Assembly (NCBI GenBank): GCA_944389455.1
Contig: CALXMK010000008.1
Span: 26,963 to 90,962 of the forward strand
Reading direction: 5' to 3'
DNA from: an uncultured Verrucomicrobiota bacterium
GTDB taxonomy: Bacteria; Verrucomicrobiota; Verrucomicrobiia; Limisphaerales; UBA1412
Length of the DNA stretch: 64,000 nucleotides
Shown here: positions 29,472-38,823 of the stretch, piece by piece
Layout: each line of letters opens with the position of its first letter
Numbering within the stretch: the first letter of the stretch is position 1
The notes under the pieces: generated by a model
What the model saw: only the letters and a program-made list of their open reading frames with translations
Databases searched by the model: none
Told to the model about the DNA's origin: nothing
Program-made: the position numbers and the translations under genes

Positions 29472-31283
29472 ATGAGCATAAATAAAACAAACAATTCTGA
29501 AGGGACCTCTAATCATATCAAAGGTTGCGATCTTCTAATTTTAAGTCTGGAGAAAGAAGGCGTTGACACCATTTTTGCCTATCCCGGTGGCACCAGTCTA
29601 GAAATTCATGATGCCATTGCCCGCAGAGGTACCCTACGAGTTGTTCTTCCTCGCCATGAACAAGGTGGAATATTCGAAGCTGACGGATACGCTCGAGCCT
29701 CAGGCAAAGTCGGAGTCTGTATGGCTACCAGCGGTCCAGGAGCAACTAATTTTGTCACAGGAATAGCTAACGCCTATGCCGATTCAATTCCACTGGTCGT
29801 TCTTACAGGACAAGTCCAACAAGAAGCTATTGGGAAAAACGCATTCCAAGAAACAGATTTCTTTGGTATAACCCTTCCTATTTCTAAATACAGCTATCTT
29901 ATTACTAATGTAAATGATATTCCTAGAATTGTCAAAGAAGCTTTTTATCTGGCTTCCACTGGCAGACCAGGTCCTGTTGTAATTGATATTCCCAAAAATA
30001 TTCAGCAAAAATTAACAACAATCCCCACAGAATGGCCTTCACTTCCCAGTCTACGAGGATACAATCCAAACCACAAAGCTACTGACCAGCAATTGGCTGA
30101 AATTGTGGAATTAATTAAAAATGCTAATGCTCCTTTGATTTATGCAGGAGGTGGAATTACCAGTAGTAACTCTTCAGAAGAATTACGTAAATTTGTAAAA
30201 AAGACCCAAATTCCAATTACCACCACACTCTTAGGCATAGGCTCTTATCCGGAAGATGATTTTCTATCCCTTAAGTACCTTGGAATGCACGGCGCCGCAT
30301 ATGCAAATTGGGCGGCAAAAGAAGCAGATCTCATTTTAGCAATGGGATGCCGTTTTGATGATCGTGTTACCGGCAATACAAAAGCTTTTGTTTCTAAAGC
30401 AAAAATTGTTCATATTGATATTGATCCTGCCGAAATCAATAAAAATAAAAAGGTTGATTGTCCTATAGAAGGAGATATTCATGACGCCCTCAAAAGACTG
30501 AACTTAATGCTTGATAAAGCACCTCTCCAGAAAGATTTCTCTCAATGGCATCAACGGATTAATGAGTGGAAAAACAAGGTTCCTTTCAACTTCTGCATAA
30601 ATCAAAAAATGTGCTCCACTCATCTTAGGAACCTCCATAATACAGCGCTTGAAGAGATTATCATGCCGCAATATGTCATCCAGCTTTTAAGCGAAATGAC
30701 CAAAGGCGAAGCTATTATTGCTACAGGAGTAGGACAACACCAGATGTGGGCTTGCCAATTCTATCAATTCAAACATCCTAGAAGTCTTTTAACCTCTGGG
30801 GGACTTGGAAGTATGGGATATGGATATCCCGCTGCAATTGGAGCCAAAGTAGCTTTCCCTGATAAAGAAGTAATTAACATTGATGGAGATGGCTCATTCC
30901 AAATGAATATTCAGGAGATGGCAACAGCAAGGACTGAAAATATTGCTGTAAAAGTCATTATCCTCAATAATCAACACTTGGGAATGCCTGTTCAATGGCA
31001 AGACTCTTTCTATGGAGGCTTGCGTGCTAATACTTTTATAGGTGATCCTAGTGGAAAATTTGCGGTCTATCCTGATTTTGTGAAGATTGCTGCAGGATAC
31101 GCAATTCAAGGGGAACAAGTTATCTTCAAAAAAGATTTGCGTCAGGCAATTCAACGAATGCTTGATAGTAAAGATTCCTATATCTTAGATGTTATTATCC
31201 CTGTTGAGGCAAAAGTAATGCCTTTCATTAAACCAGCTGGCACTGTAGACGATATGGTGTACGAAATCCCCAATAAAAACTAA
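29472..31283 (+). CDS. ilvB: acetolactate synthase large (catalytic) subunit
   Basis: 603 aa ThDP enzyme. Motifs PGGTSLEIHDA, GPGATNFVTG and GDGSFQMNIQEM (ThDP-Mg motif). Confidence 0.9.
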   Translation: MSINKTNNSEGTSNHIKGCDLLILSLEKEGVDTIFAYPGGTSLEIHDAIARRGTLRVVLPRHEQGGIFEADGYARASGKVGVCMATSGPGATNFVTGIANAYADSIPLVVLTGQVQQEAIGKNAFQETDFFGITLPISKYSYLITNVNDIPRIVKEAFYLASTGRPGPVVIDIPKNIQQKLTTIPTEWPSLPSLRGYNPNHKATDQQLAEIVELIKNANAPLIYAGGGITSSNSSEELRKFVKKTQIPITTTLLGIGSYPEDDFLSLKYLGMHGAAYANWAAKEADLILAMGCRFDDRVTGNTKAFVSKAKIVHIDIDPAEINKNKKVDCPIEGDIHDALKRLNLMLDKAPLQKDFSQWHQRINEWKNKVPFNFCINQKMCSTHLRNLHNTALEEIIMPQYVIQLLSEMTKGEAIIATGVGQHQMWACQFYQFKHPRSLLTSGGLGSMGYGYPAAIGAKVAFPDKEVINIDGDGSFQMNIQEMATARTENIAVKVIILNNQHLGMPVQWQDSFYGGLRANTFIGDPSGKFAVYPDFVKIAAGYAIQGEQVIFKKDLRQAIQRMLDSKDSYILDVIIPVEAKVMPFIKPAGTVDDMVYEIPNKN

Positions 31284-31288
31284 TTAAA

Positions 31289-32593
31289 ATGAAAATATTA
31301 CTTATCGGCTCTGGAGGCAGAGAACATGCTTTGGCTTGGAAAATAGCTCAATCTCACTACACGGCTAAACTATGGTGTGCACCCGGCAACGCCGGTATTG
31401 CTCAAGAAACCCTCGCTAGAAACGGGGAGGCTGTTGAATGTGTTCCTATTTCAGCGGAAGATCTTAATAAATTGCTGGAATTTGCGAAATTAAATCGACC
31501 TGATTTAACTGTTGTTGGTCCCGACAACCCATTGGGGATGGGAATCGTAGATCTTTTTCAAAAAGAAGGTTTAACTATCTGGGGGCCTAATCAAAAAGCA
31601 GCTCAATTTGAAGCATCCAAGGTTTTCTCTCAAGATTTTATGGAGAAATACTCCATTCCGACAGCAGTCTCTGGATCATTTGATAATATTGAAGAAGCTC
31701 TGCATTTCGCTGAAAAACTTGAAGGTCGCTGCGCCGTAAAAGTCGACGGTCTGGCTCTAGGCAAAGGGGTTTTTATCTGCCATAATATGGAAGAATCTAA
31801 AGCCTCTATTGAAGATATTCTAAAAAATAAATCTTTTGGACTCGCCGGTTCTAAAATTGTCATTCAAGAACTGTTGGAAGGAATGGAAGTTTCTCTGCAT
31901 GCTATATGTGATGGAACTCACTGGAAACTTTTTCCAACCTCTCAAGATCATAAACGAGCTTTTGACTATGATGAAGGTCCTAACACAGGTGGAATGGGAA
32001 CTTACTCCCCTACTCCATTTCTCTCTGAAGAAGAATTTTATCAAACAGCTCAATCCATCATTTCTCCTTGGATGAAAGGTTGTCAAGCCGAAGCTATCGA
32101 TTATCGTGGGATACTCTATCCCGGAATCATGCTTACCCAATCCGGCCCAAAGGTACTAGAATTTAACTCCCGTTTTGGAGATCCAGAGACTCAAGTCTAT
32201 ATGGCTCGTCTTGAAAGTGATCTTGTTGAAATGCTCTTGGCTAGCTGTAATGGTTCCTTAGACACTGTCAATATAAAATGGAGTACGCAGTCTGCGATCT
32301 GTTTAGTTCTGGCTTCCGGTGGATATCCTGGTAAATATGAAAAAGGTAAAATTATCACCGGATTAAAAGAAGCAAATAAATTACCTAATACAAAGATCTT
32401 CCATGCTGGCACCAAGTTTGCTTCAGATAATATCGTTACCAGTGGAGGGCGTGTACTTGGAATAACAACTTGGGCAGATACTCTTAATGAGGCTCGCCAA
32501 AGGGCATACCATGCAGCAAATTTAATTCACTTCGATGGAATGTATTGTCGCAATGATATTGCACAAAAAGCTCTTTCTTTTTTAAAAAAATAA
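31289..32593 (+). CDS. purD: phosphoribosylamine-glycine ligase
   Basis: MKILLIGSGGREHALAWK N-terminus, ATP-grasp core, GPKVLEFNSRFGDPE. Confidence 0.95.
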   Translation: MKILLIGSGGREHALAWKIAQSHYTAKLWCAPGNAGIAQETLARNGEAVECVPISAEDLNKLLEFAKLNRPDLTVVGPDNPLGMGIVDLFQKEGLTIWGPNQKAAQFEASKVFSQDFMEKYSIPTAVSGSFDNIEEALHFAEKLEGRCAVKVDGLALGKGVFICHNMEESKASIEDILKNKSFGLAGSKIVIQELLEGMEVSLHAICDGTHWKLFPTSQDHKRAFDYDEGPNTGGMGTYSPTPFLSEEEFYQTAQSIISPWMKGCQAEAIDYRGILYPGIMLTQSGPKVLEFNSRFGDPETQVYMARLESDLVEMLLASCNGSLDTVNIKWSTQSAICLVLASGGYPGKYEKGKIITGLKEANKLPNTKIFHAGTKFASDNIVTSGGRVLGITTWADTLNEARQRAYHAANLIHFDGMYCRNDIAQKALSFLKK

Positions 32594-32594
32594 A

Positions 32595-33638
32595 ATGAAA
32601 GCACACAAATTCATATTTTCAATAATTACCACCTTAATTCTCCTGATTACAGATTCTCCTTGCTCAGCTCAAGAGAATCTTCCCAGATTATCTGAAACCC
32701 TGAAGATTATCCAAAATAATCTTATTGGTGTTAAAAATGAGACCCTTGATGAAAAAGCCCTTCACGGTTTGATCTCCGAACTATCGCCTTTAGTAAAATT
32801 TAAAGAGGAAAATTCATCAACCAATCCAAACACCTCTGAACAAACCTCTGAAGTCCCCTCTTATCGTCTTCTCAACAATCACTACATTGCATTTCGCTTT
32901 GGAGAAATCAACAATAATACGGCTCTCTTTATTGCCGAAAAATATAAAGCAGAATCAACCAATGAAATACGAGGCCTCATATTGGATCTGCGAAATACAT
33001 CCGGTGAAGATTATACAAGTACAGCAAATATCGCTTCTCTTTTTCTGGAAAAAGATCTGCATCTCTTCACCATTGGAGATCATAAATACCTTACTCAAAC
33101 ATCAGAAGATGTTGATCTGCGCAAATTACCAATAGCTATTTTAGTAAATAAAAATACAGCTGGCGCGCCTGAAGCATTAGCTATCACTCTGAACAGACAT
33201 CTTAATGCTATTATTCTTGGCAGCAAAACAGCCGGAGACCTATTCTCTTTTAAAGAATTCGCAATTCAAGGGAATTCTAGCTTACTTATTGCTGTAGATA
33301 CTGTCTATTTCGATAATAATACCCTCCCTCCTTCTGATGGGATTATTCCTGACATTGAAGTATCTCTTTCACAAGAAGATGAAATCGCATATATAAAAGA
33401 TCCCTTCACTAATTTACATCCTGTTCCGCTCTTCCGCGATGGAGAAACTAATAATGTTTCTATTAAAATTAATGAGGCTACTCTGGTGAAAATGCAGCGT
33501 GGAGGCCGTGGAAACAACAGCAGTGAAGAGCAAACAAAAAAAATACTCTCTTCTGACAACAAAGAACCTATTATCTATGATCCAACTCTTTCCAGAGCTC
33601 TGGATATACTAAAATCTTTATATTTCTTTAAAAAATAA
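32595..33638 (+). CDS. secreted S41 (C-terminal processing peptidase)-like protein, catalytic dyad apparently lost
   Basis: It has a signal peptide and S41 core motifs (IRGLILDLRNTSG, IIPDIEV). The position of the SASASE serine reads TAGAPE, and the position of the GKG lysine reads AGD. Confidence 0.6.
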   Translation: MKAHKFIFSIITTLILLITDSPCSAQENLPRLSETLKIIQNNLIGVKNETLDEKALHGLISELSPLVKFKEENSSTNPNTSEQTSEVPSYRLLNNHYIAFRFGEINNNTALFIAEKYKAESTNEIRGLILDLRNTSGEDYTSTANIASLFLEKDLHLFTIGDHKYLTQTSEDVDLRKLPIAILVNKNTAGAPEALAITLNRHLNAIILGSKTAGDLFSFKEFAIQGNSSLLIAVDTVYFDNNTLPPSDGIIPDIEVSLSQEDEIAYIKDPFTNLHPVPLFRDGETNNVSIKINEATLVKMQRGGRGNNSSEEQTKKILSSDNKEPIIYDPTLSRALDILKSLYFFKK

Positions 33639-33671
33639 AGAAAACTATTTGATATTTCTTAATTTTTTTTT
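33638..33671 (+). terminator. weak candidate terminator after the S41-like gene
   Basis: 6-bp AT-rich stem aagaaa/tttctt followed by a T9 run. Confidence 0.3.
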
Positions 33672-33796
33672 ATAATTGTCCTGTTCACGGGTGGAGACCG
33701 AGAGATTTTATCTCGTGAAAATATTTATTAGATAGCTAAATACCTGCATTTTGCTCCTTTTGTATTTATTTTACACCCTCCTGCAATAGATTTTAG

Positions 33797-34252
33797 ATGA
33801 AAACAATACTTTTTGTTTGCACTGGGAATACCTGCAGAAGTCCAATGGCCGAAGAGATCTTTAGAATGGAAACTATAGATACTGAAAATACTTTTTCAGA
33901 AAAATTTTTTTCTGCATCTGCCGGCCTTGCCACAAGTAATGGTTTATCTCCCAGTAAAAACGCTATACTTGCTATGAGGGAGTTGGGTCGTGATATTTCT
34001 TCTCATGAAAGCTCTCAACTAGATGAAAAAATGATAGAAAAAGCAAATGCTGTTTTTGCGATGACTTCTGATCATCTGGGTATTATGCAAAGCATCTATC
34101 CACAGTTTAAAGATAAACTTTATATGCTAAATGCGGATAAAAACATTTCTGATCCGTTTGGAGGAGATATCTCTATCTATAGACGCTGTCGGGATGAAAT
34201 CCGCAAGGCAATCCAAAAAATCATTCCCGATTTAAAACAAATTTTAAAATAG
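33797..34252 (+). CDS. low-molecular-weight phosphatase, YwlE-like (putative protein-arginine phosphatase)
   Basis: P-loop [14 protein letters not shown] and DPFGG Asp loop. The motifs closely match my recollection of B. subtilis YwlE. Confidence 0.8.
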   Translation: MKTILFVCTGNTCRSPMAEEIFRMETIDTENTFSEKFFSASAGLATSNGLSPSKNAILAMRELGRDISSHESSQLDEKMIEKANAVFAMTSDHLGIMQSIYPQFKDKLYMLNADKNISDPFGGDISIYRRCRDEIRKAIQKIIPDLKQILK

Positions 34253-34253
34253 A

Positions 34254-35948
34254 ATGGAATTAGAGATGCATAATCCGACTAAAACAATTGCTATTGGTTG
34301 TGATCACCGGGGTTATAATGTAAAGTCAGCAATTATCCAAGAATTGGAGAAAAAGGGATATACCCTGATTGATTGTGGAACAGACTCCACAAATTCTTGC
34401 GATTATCCTGACTATGCAGGTTCTGTTTGCCAAAATGTTTTAAAACAGAACGCTGACTTCGGCATACTAATTTGCTGTACCGGAATCGGGATGAGCATGG
34501 CTGCGAATAAATTTCAATATATTAGAGCAGCTCTCGTTCACTCTTCGGAAGAAGCCACTCTAACGCGTAAACACAATAATGCTAATGTTCTTTGTCTGGC
34601 TGAGAAAACACCGCTAGATGAAATTTTCAAAATCATTGATATTTTTTTAAAAACACCCTTTGAAGGTGGACGTCATGAATTAAGAATCAACAAAATGCAA
34701 CAATTAACCAATATGAATCTACTTCAACAAATAGACCCGGAAATTGCTAAATTTATAGACTTAGAAAAGCAACGCCAACAAGACCATCTTGAGCTTATCG
34801 CAAGCGAAAACTTTGTAAGTCCAGCAATCATGATGGCTCAAGGCTCCATTCTTACCAATAAATATGCAGAAGGCTATCCCGGCAAACGTTGGTATGGTGG
34901 ATGTGAATATGTTGACGAAATCGAAAAACTGGCCATTGAAAGAGCAAAACAGCTTTTCGGAGCTGAACATGCAAATGTACAACCCCACTGTGGGAGTTCC
35001 ACTAACATGGCCGTTTATTTTGCTTTCTTAAAGCCCGGAGATCGTATTTTAACAATGGACCTTAGTCATGGAGGACATTTAACCCATGGCAATAAAGCCA
35101 ACTTTTCAGGCCGTTTTTTTGAAGTCAAGCATTATGGAGTCACACATGACACAGAAACAATTGACTACAATGAATTGGCGCTCATCGCTAAAGAATATCG
35201 CCCGCGTATGATCACTGTCGGGGCAAGTGCTTACCCTAGAATCATTGACTTCAAAAAGATGAGTGAGATAGCACACTCTGTCGAAGCATTCCTTTTAGCT
35301 GACATCGCTCATATTGCTGGATTGGTCGCCGCTGGACTCCATCCTACTCCTGTTGGCTATGCAGATTTTGTAACAACAACCACTCATAAAACTTTAAGAG
35401 GTCCGCGCGGAGGATTGATTCTATGCTCCGCCAAATACGCCAAAGAAATTGACTCTCAAATCTTCCCTGGCATTCAAGGTGGCCCCCTTGAACATGTCAT
35501 CGCAGCTAAAGCTGTCTGCTTTAAAGAAGCAATGCAACCTTCATTTAAAGAATACCAAAAACAGATTCTTCTTAATGCGCAGGCAATGGCATCCGAGATT
35601 CTCTCCAGGGGATATCGCCTAGTCAGCGGTGGAACGGATAATCACCTTATGTTGGTTGATGTCGGCCAACGCGGTTTAACCGGCAAAGAATGCCAAATCG
35701 CGCTGGATGCTGCAGGCATTACGGTGAACAAAAATACTATTCCCTTTGAAACTCGCAGTCCTTTTCAAGCTAGCGGTATTCGCATTGGCACTCCTGCCTT
35801 AACATCTCGTGGAATGAAAGAAACAGAAATGAAAGCAATCGCAAATATGATCTGTGATGTTTTAGATAATATTTCTTCCACACAGAAAATTGAATCTATT
35901 CGCAAGGAAGTTCAAGACCTAACAAGACGTTTCCCCCTTCCCTACTAA
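34254..35948 (+). CDS. rpiB-glyA: fusion of ribose-5-phosphate isomerase B and serine hydroxymethyltransferase
   Basis: The N-terminal ~150 aa is RpiB/LacAB-like ([31 protein letters not shown]). It continues in frame into SHMT ([23 protein letters not shown] with the PLP lysine). Confidence 0.85.
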   Translation: MELEMHNPTKTIAIGCDHRGYNVKSAIIQELEKKGYTLIDCGTDSTNSCDYPDYAGSVCQNVLKQNADFGILICCTGIGMSMAANKFQYIRAALVHSSEEATLTRKHNNANVLCLAEKTPLDEIFKIIDIFLKTPFEGGRHELRINKMQQLTNMNLLQQIDPEIAKFIDLEKQRQQDHLELIASENFVSPAIMMAQGSILTNKYAEGYPGKRWYGGCEYVDEIEKLAIERAKQLFGAEHANVQPHCGSSTNMAVYFAFLKPGDRILTMDLSHGGHLTHGNKANFSGRFFEVKHYGVTHDTETIDYNELALIAKEYRPRMITVGASAYPRIIDFKKMSEIAHSVEAFLLADIAHIAGLVAAGLHPTPVGYADFVTTTTHKTLRGPRGGLILCSAKYAKEIDSQIFPGIQGGPLEHVIAAKAVCFKEAMQPSFKEYQKQILLNAQAMASEILSRGYRLVSGGTDNHLMLVDVGQRGLTGKECQIALDAAGITVNKNTIPFETRSPFQASGIRIGTPALTSRGMKETEMKAIANMICDVLDNISSTQKIESIRKEVQDLTRRFPLPY

Positions 35949-35959
35949 TAATAATTAAC

Positions 35960-37534
35960 ATGGCTAAAGCATCATCTACTCCAAAAACCACTGCTAAAAA
36001 GAGTCGTACGACTAAAGCTCGTCAACAGGAAGATTTACCCTTAGGTTTAACATCTAAAGAAGCTGTTCCTGCAGTCCCTGCACCACGAAAAAACCGTAAA
36101 ACGGCGCAGACTCCCCCTGAAGAAACACCAGAAGAATCTTTGCAAGAAGTTCTGCCTATTGAAGGACCAGCTACTGCACAAGAAGCAATTCTGCAAGAAC
36201 TGAAAATCAAGCCTGAAGAACTCCCAAAAGATGTTGAGCAGGAAGATATCGCTCCCATCTCCGAAGAGGAAAAAGAACATGCTCTGAATATCAAGTTACT
36301 TCAAGATAAAGGCATGCACGAGCTGAATGAAATGGCTCGTGGTCTTGGAATAGAAAACTTTGGCACGCTTAAAAAGCATGAGCTTATATTTCAAATCTTA
36401 CAGAGAAATGCCCGCAAGAGCGATATTGCTCTTGCGGAAGGAGTCTTAGAAGTACTGCCTGATGGATTTGGTTTTCTTCGCTCGCAGACATTCAATTATC
36501 TTCCCTGCCCGGAGGATATTTATGTATCTCCCTCTCAAATTCGCCGTTTTAACCTACAAACAGGTAACTTGGTAACAGGACAAATTAGACCCCCCAAGGA
36601 TAAAGAACGCTTTTTTGCATTGCTACAAATTGAAAAGGTAGATAATGAAGATCCTGATATTGCAAAGGATAAAACTCACTTTGAAAACCTGACTCCTCTC
36701 TTTCCAAATAAAAGATTTATATTAGAGAGCAAATTAAATGATCCTTCGGCTCGGATCATGGATATTGTGTGTCCGATTGGACGAGGAACGCGTGGCCTCA
36801 TTGTTGCGCCTCCTCGTACCGGTAAAACTGTTTTGATGCGCAATATAGCCAACTCTATCTTAACTAATAATCCCGAAGTATATTTGTTCATCCTTCTTAT
36901 CGACGAGCGTCCTGAGGAAGTAACAGATATGCAGCGAGCTTGCGAACCTGCCGAAGTGGTCAGCTCTACTTTTGATGAATCGCCAGAGCGTCATGTTCAA
37001 GTCGCGGAAATGGTTATCGAAAAAGCCAAACGCATGGTTGAGCATAAAAAAGATGTTGTTATCCTGCTGGATTCAATTACTCGATTGGCTCGTGCCTACA
37101 ACACAGTACAACCTCACTCTGGAAAGATTCTTTCCGGAGGTGTTGACGCTAATGCACTCCATAAACCAAAACGCTTCTTTGGCGCAGCTCGAAATGTAGA
37201 AGAAGGAGGGTCTTTGACTATTATCGCCACAGCCCTCATCGATACCGGTTCTCGAATGGATGAAGTTATCTTTGAAGAATTCAAGGGTACTGGCAACATG
37301 GAAGTCGTACTCGATCGTCACTTGGCTGAAAGACGCATCTTCCCCAGTATCAATATTGCTTTATCTGGAACACGTAAAGAAGAGCTTCTATACCACCCCG
37401 ATGAATATGAGCGCATTGTTTTATTGCGGCGTGCATTAACCGGGGTTCCTCCTACAGAAGGAATGGAAGTGCTTTTAGAAAAACTCAAGAACACCCGTTC
37501 TAACATTGAGTTTCTCTTAACCGTAAAGATATAA
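35960..37534 (+). CDS. rho: transcription termination factor Rho with ~108-aa N-terminal extension
   Basis: Rho_N helix bundle ([29 protein letters not shown]), the RNA-binding OB fold, Walker A APPRTGKT and the C-terminal core. Confidence 0.95.
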   Translation: MAKASSTPKTTAKKSRTTKARQQEDLPLGLTSKEAVPAVPAPRKNRKTAQTPPEETPEESLQEVLPIEGPATAQEAILQELKIKPEELPKDVEQEDIAPISEEEKEHALNIKLLQDKGMHELNEMARGLGIENFGTLKKHELIFQILQRNARKSDIALAEGVLEVLPDGFGFLRSQTFNYLPCPEDIYVSPSQIRRFNLQTGNLVTGQIRPPKDKERFFALLQIEKVDNEDPDIAKDKTHFENLTPLFPNKRFILESKLNDPSARIMDIVCPIGRGTRGLIVAPPRTGKTVLMRNIANSILTNNPEVYLFILLIDERPEEVTDMQRACEPAEVVSSTFDESPERHVQVAEMVIEKAKRMVEHKKDVVILLDSITRLARAYNTVQPHSGKILSGGVDANALHKPKRFFGAARNVEEGGSLTIIATALIDTGSRMDEVIFEEFKGTGNMEVVLDRHLAERRIFPSINIALSGTRKEELLYHPDEYERIVLLRRALTGVPPTEGMEVLLEKLKNTRSNIEFLLTVKI

Positions 37535-37539
37535 AATTC

Positions 37540-37758
37540 ATGTATAGCTCTCTTCCTTATCCAAAAATTGACCCAGATGAGTGTAAAAGCTGCGAACGTT
37601 GTATCCATGCATGTCCCAAAAAAGTCCTAAAATTATCTCCTCACTTTAATAAGAAAGGAGTTCATCCTGTAGAATATAGCGGGAAAGGTTGTATAGGCTG
37701 TGGAATCTGCTTCTATACCTGTCCGGAACCCTACGCAATTGAAGTTCATAAAAAATAA
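37540..37758 (+). CDS. korD: 2x[4Fe-4S] ferredoxin, delta-type subunit of 2-oxoacid:ferredoxin oxidoreductase
   Basis: 72 aa with two CxxCxxCxxxCP motifs ([24 protein letters not shown]). It lies directly upstream of the alpha subunit. Confidence 0.8.
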   Translation: MYSSLPYPKIDPDECKSCERCIHACPKKVLKLSPHFNKKGVHPVEYSGKGCIGCGICFYTCPEPYAIEVHKK

Positions 37759-37762
37759 CAAA

Positions 37763-38815
37763 ATGAATTTATTTGTCAAAGGTAATGACGCAATAATAAT
37801 TGGAGCTTTATATGCGGGGTGTGAAGCATATTTCGGCTATCCCATTACACCTGCAAGTGAAATTGCACATTCTGCTGCAAAATGGTTTCCTGAAACAGGG
37901 AGAGTTTTTCTGCAAGCCGAATGTGAAACAAACTCCATCAATATGGTTTACGGTGCCGCAGCTTCGGGTAAACTCTCCATGACGGCTTCCAGCGGACCAG
38001 GAATCAGCTTAATGCAAGAGGGAATCTCTTACCTGGTCGGAGCTCAACTTCCTGCGGTAATTGTTAATATCATGAGAACCGGACCTGGTTTGGGAAATGT
38101 AGGGCCTGAACAAGGTGATTACAATCAATCCGTTAAAGGAGCAGGGCACGGTAATTCTCATAACATTGTATTAGCCCCGGGCAGTATTCAGGAAATGTGC
38201 GATTTTACTATTCATGCATTCTCCTTAGCTGTTAAATATAGGAATCCGGCAATTATTCTAGCTGATGGAGTACTAGGGCAAATGATGGAACCGCTTCATT
38301 TACCAGAATCTGAAACTCCTCAGCCAGATACCAAAAGCTGGGCTCTTCATGGAGATGCTCAAACGCGCAACAATCTTATTACTTCCATTATTCTGGAACC
38401 GGAAGATCAAGAAGAATTTAACATCTTTCTTCAGAAAAAATACGCCAATATGCAATGTGAAGCCATGGCGGAAAGTTGGCTGACAGAAGACGCCGACATA
38501 ATTTTGACTGGTTATGGAATTTCTGGACGTATTGCCAAAACTGCTGTAGAGGAATTACGTTCAGAAAACATTAAGGCAGGTTTTTTCCGACCTCAAACAC
38601 TCTATCCTTTCCCAACCGAACAATTGCACAAGGCTGTCTCACCAAAAACAAAAATTTTGGTAGTAGAATTAAGCAACGGGCAATACCGGGATGACCTTCA
38701 ATTTCACCTGAATAACTCTTCTATTCCTATTTACCTGACTAATCGAATGGGAGGAATGTTAGTCGATGTAAAATCTATTCTGGAAAAAGCCAAAAAAATC
38801 ATAGACGCTAACTAG
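37763..38815 (+). CDS. korA: 2-oxoglutarate/2-oxoacid:ferredoxin oxidoreductase alpha subunit
   Basis: I prefer the ATG at 37763 (MNLFVKGNDAIIIGAL), because the track ORF start at 37700 would overlap the ferredoxin gene. Motifs include FGYPITPASEI. Confidence 0.8.
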   Translation: MNLFVKGNDAIIIGALYAGCEAYFGYPITPASEIAHSAAKWFPETGRVFLQAECETNSINMVYGAAASGKLSMTASSGPGISLMQEGISYLVGAQLPAVIVNIMRTGPGLGNVGPEQGDYNQSVKGAGHGNSHNIVLAPGSIQEMCDFTIHAFSLAVKYRNPAIILADGVLGQMMEPLHLPESETPQPDTKSWALHGDAQTRNNLITSIILEPEDQEEFNIFLQKKYANMQCEAMAESWLTEDADIILTGYGISGRIAKTAVEELRSENIKAGFFRPQTLYPFPTEQLHKAVSPKTKILVVELSNGQYRDDLQFHLNNSSIPIYLTNRMGGMLVDVKSILEKAKKIIDAN

Positions 38816-38823
38816 TTTCACTT

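Noticed and set aside
33672-33796. Looked for a ZTP, THF or glycine riboswitch upstream of the ywlE-like / rpiB-glyA genes, where glyA-linked riboswitches are common.
   Set aside because: The region has a small hairpin (ttcacg ... cgtgaa). It lacks the conserved cores I remember for these classes: no CCGCCUGGG-type ZTP 3' element and no glycine-aptamer ACCGAAGGGGCAA-like core. An Rfam cmscan would be the decisive test.
36022-36294. Two antisense ORFs of 77-90 aa lie opposite the Rho N-terminal extension.
   Set aside because: They sit inside a GAA/GAG/AAA-rich low-complexity coding stretch, which naturally lacks stops on the opposite strand. Their products are low-complexity Ser/Phe-rich with no start context.
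37700-37762. The track ORF for the OFOR alpha subunit starts 63 nt earlier and overlaps the ferredoxin gene.
   Set aside because: The extension ([21 protein letters not shown]) does not resemble the family. The ATG at 37763 gives the conserved N-terminus directly after the ferredoxin stop.
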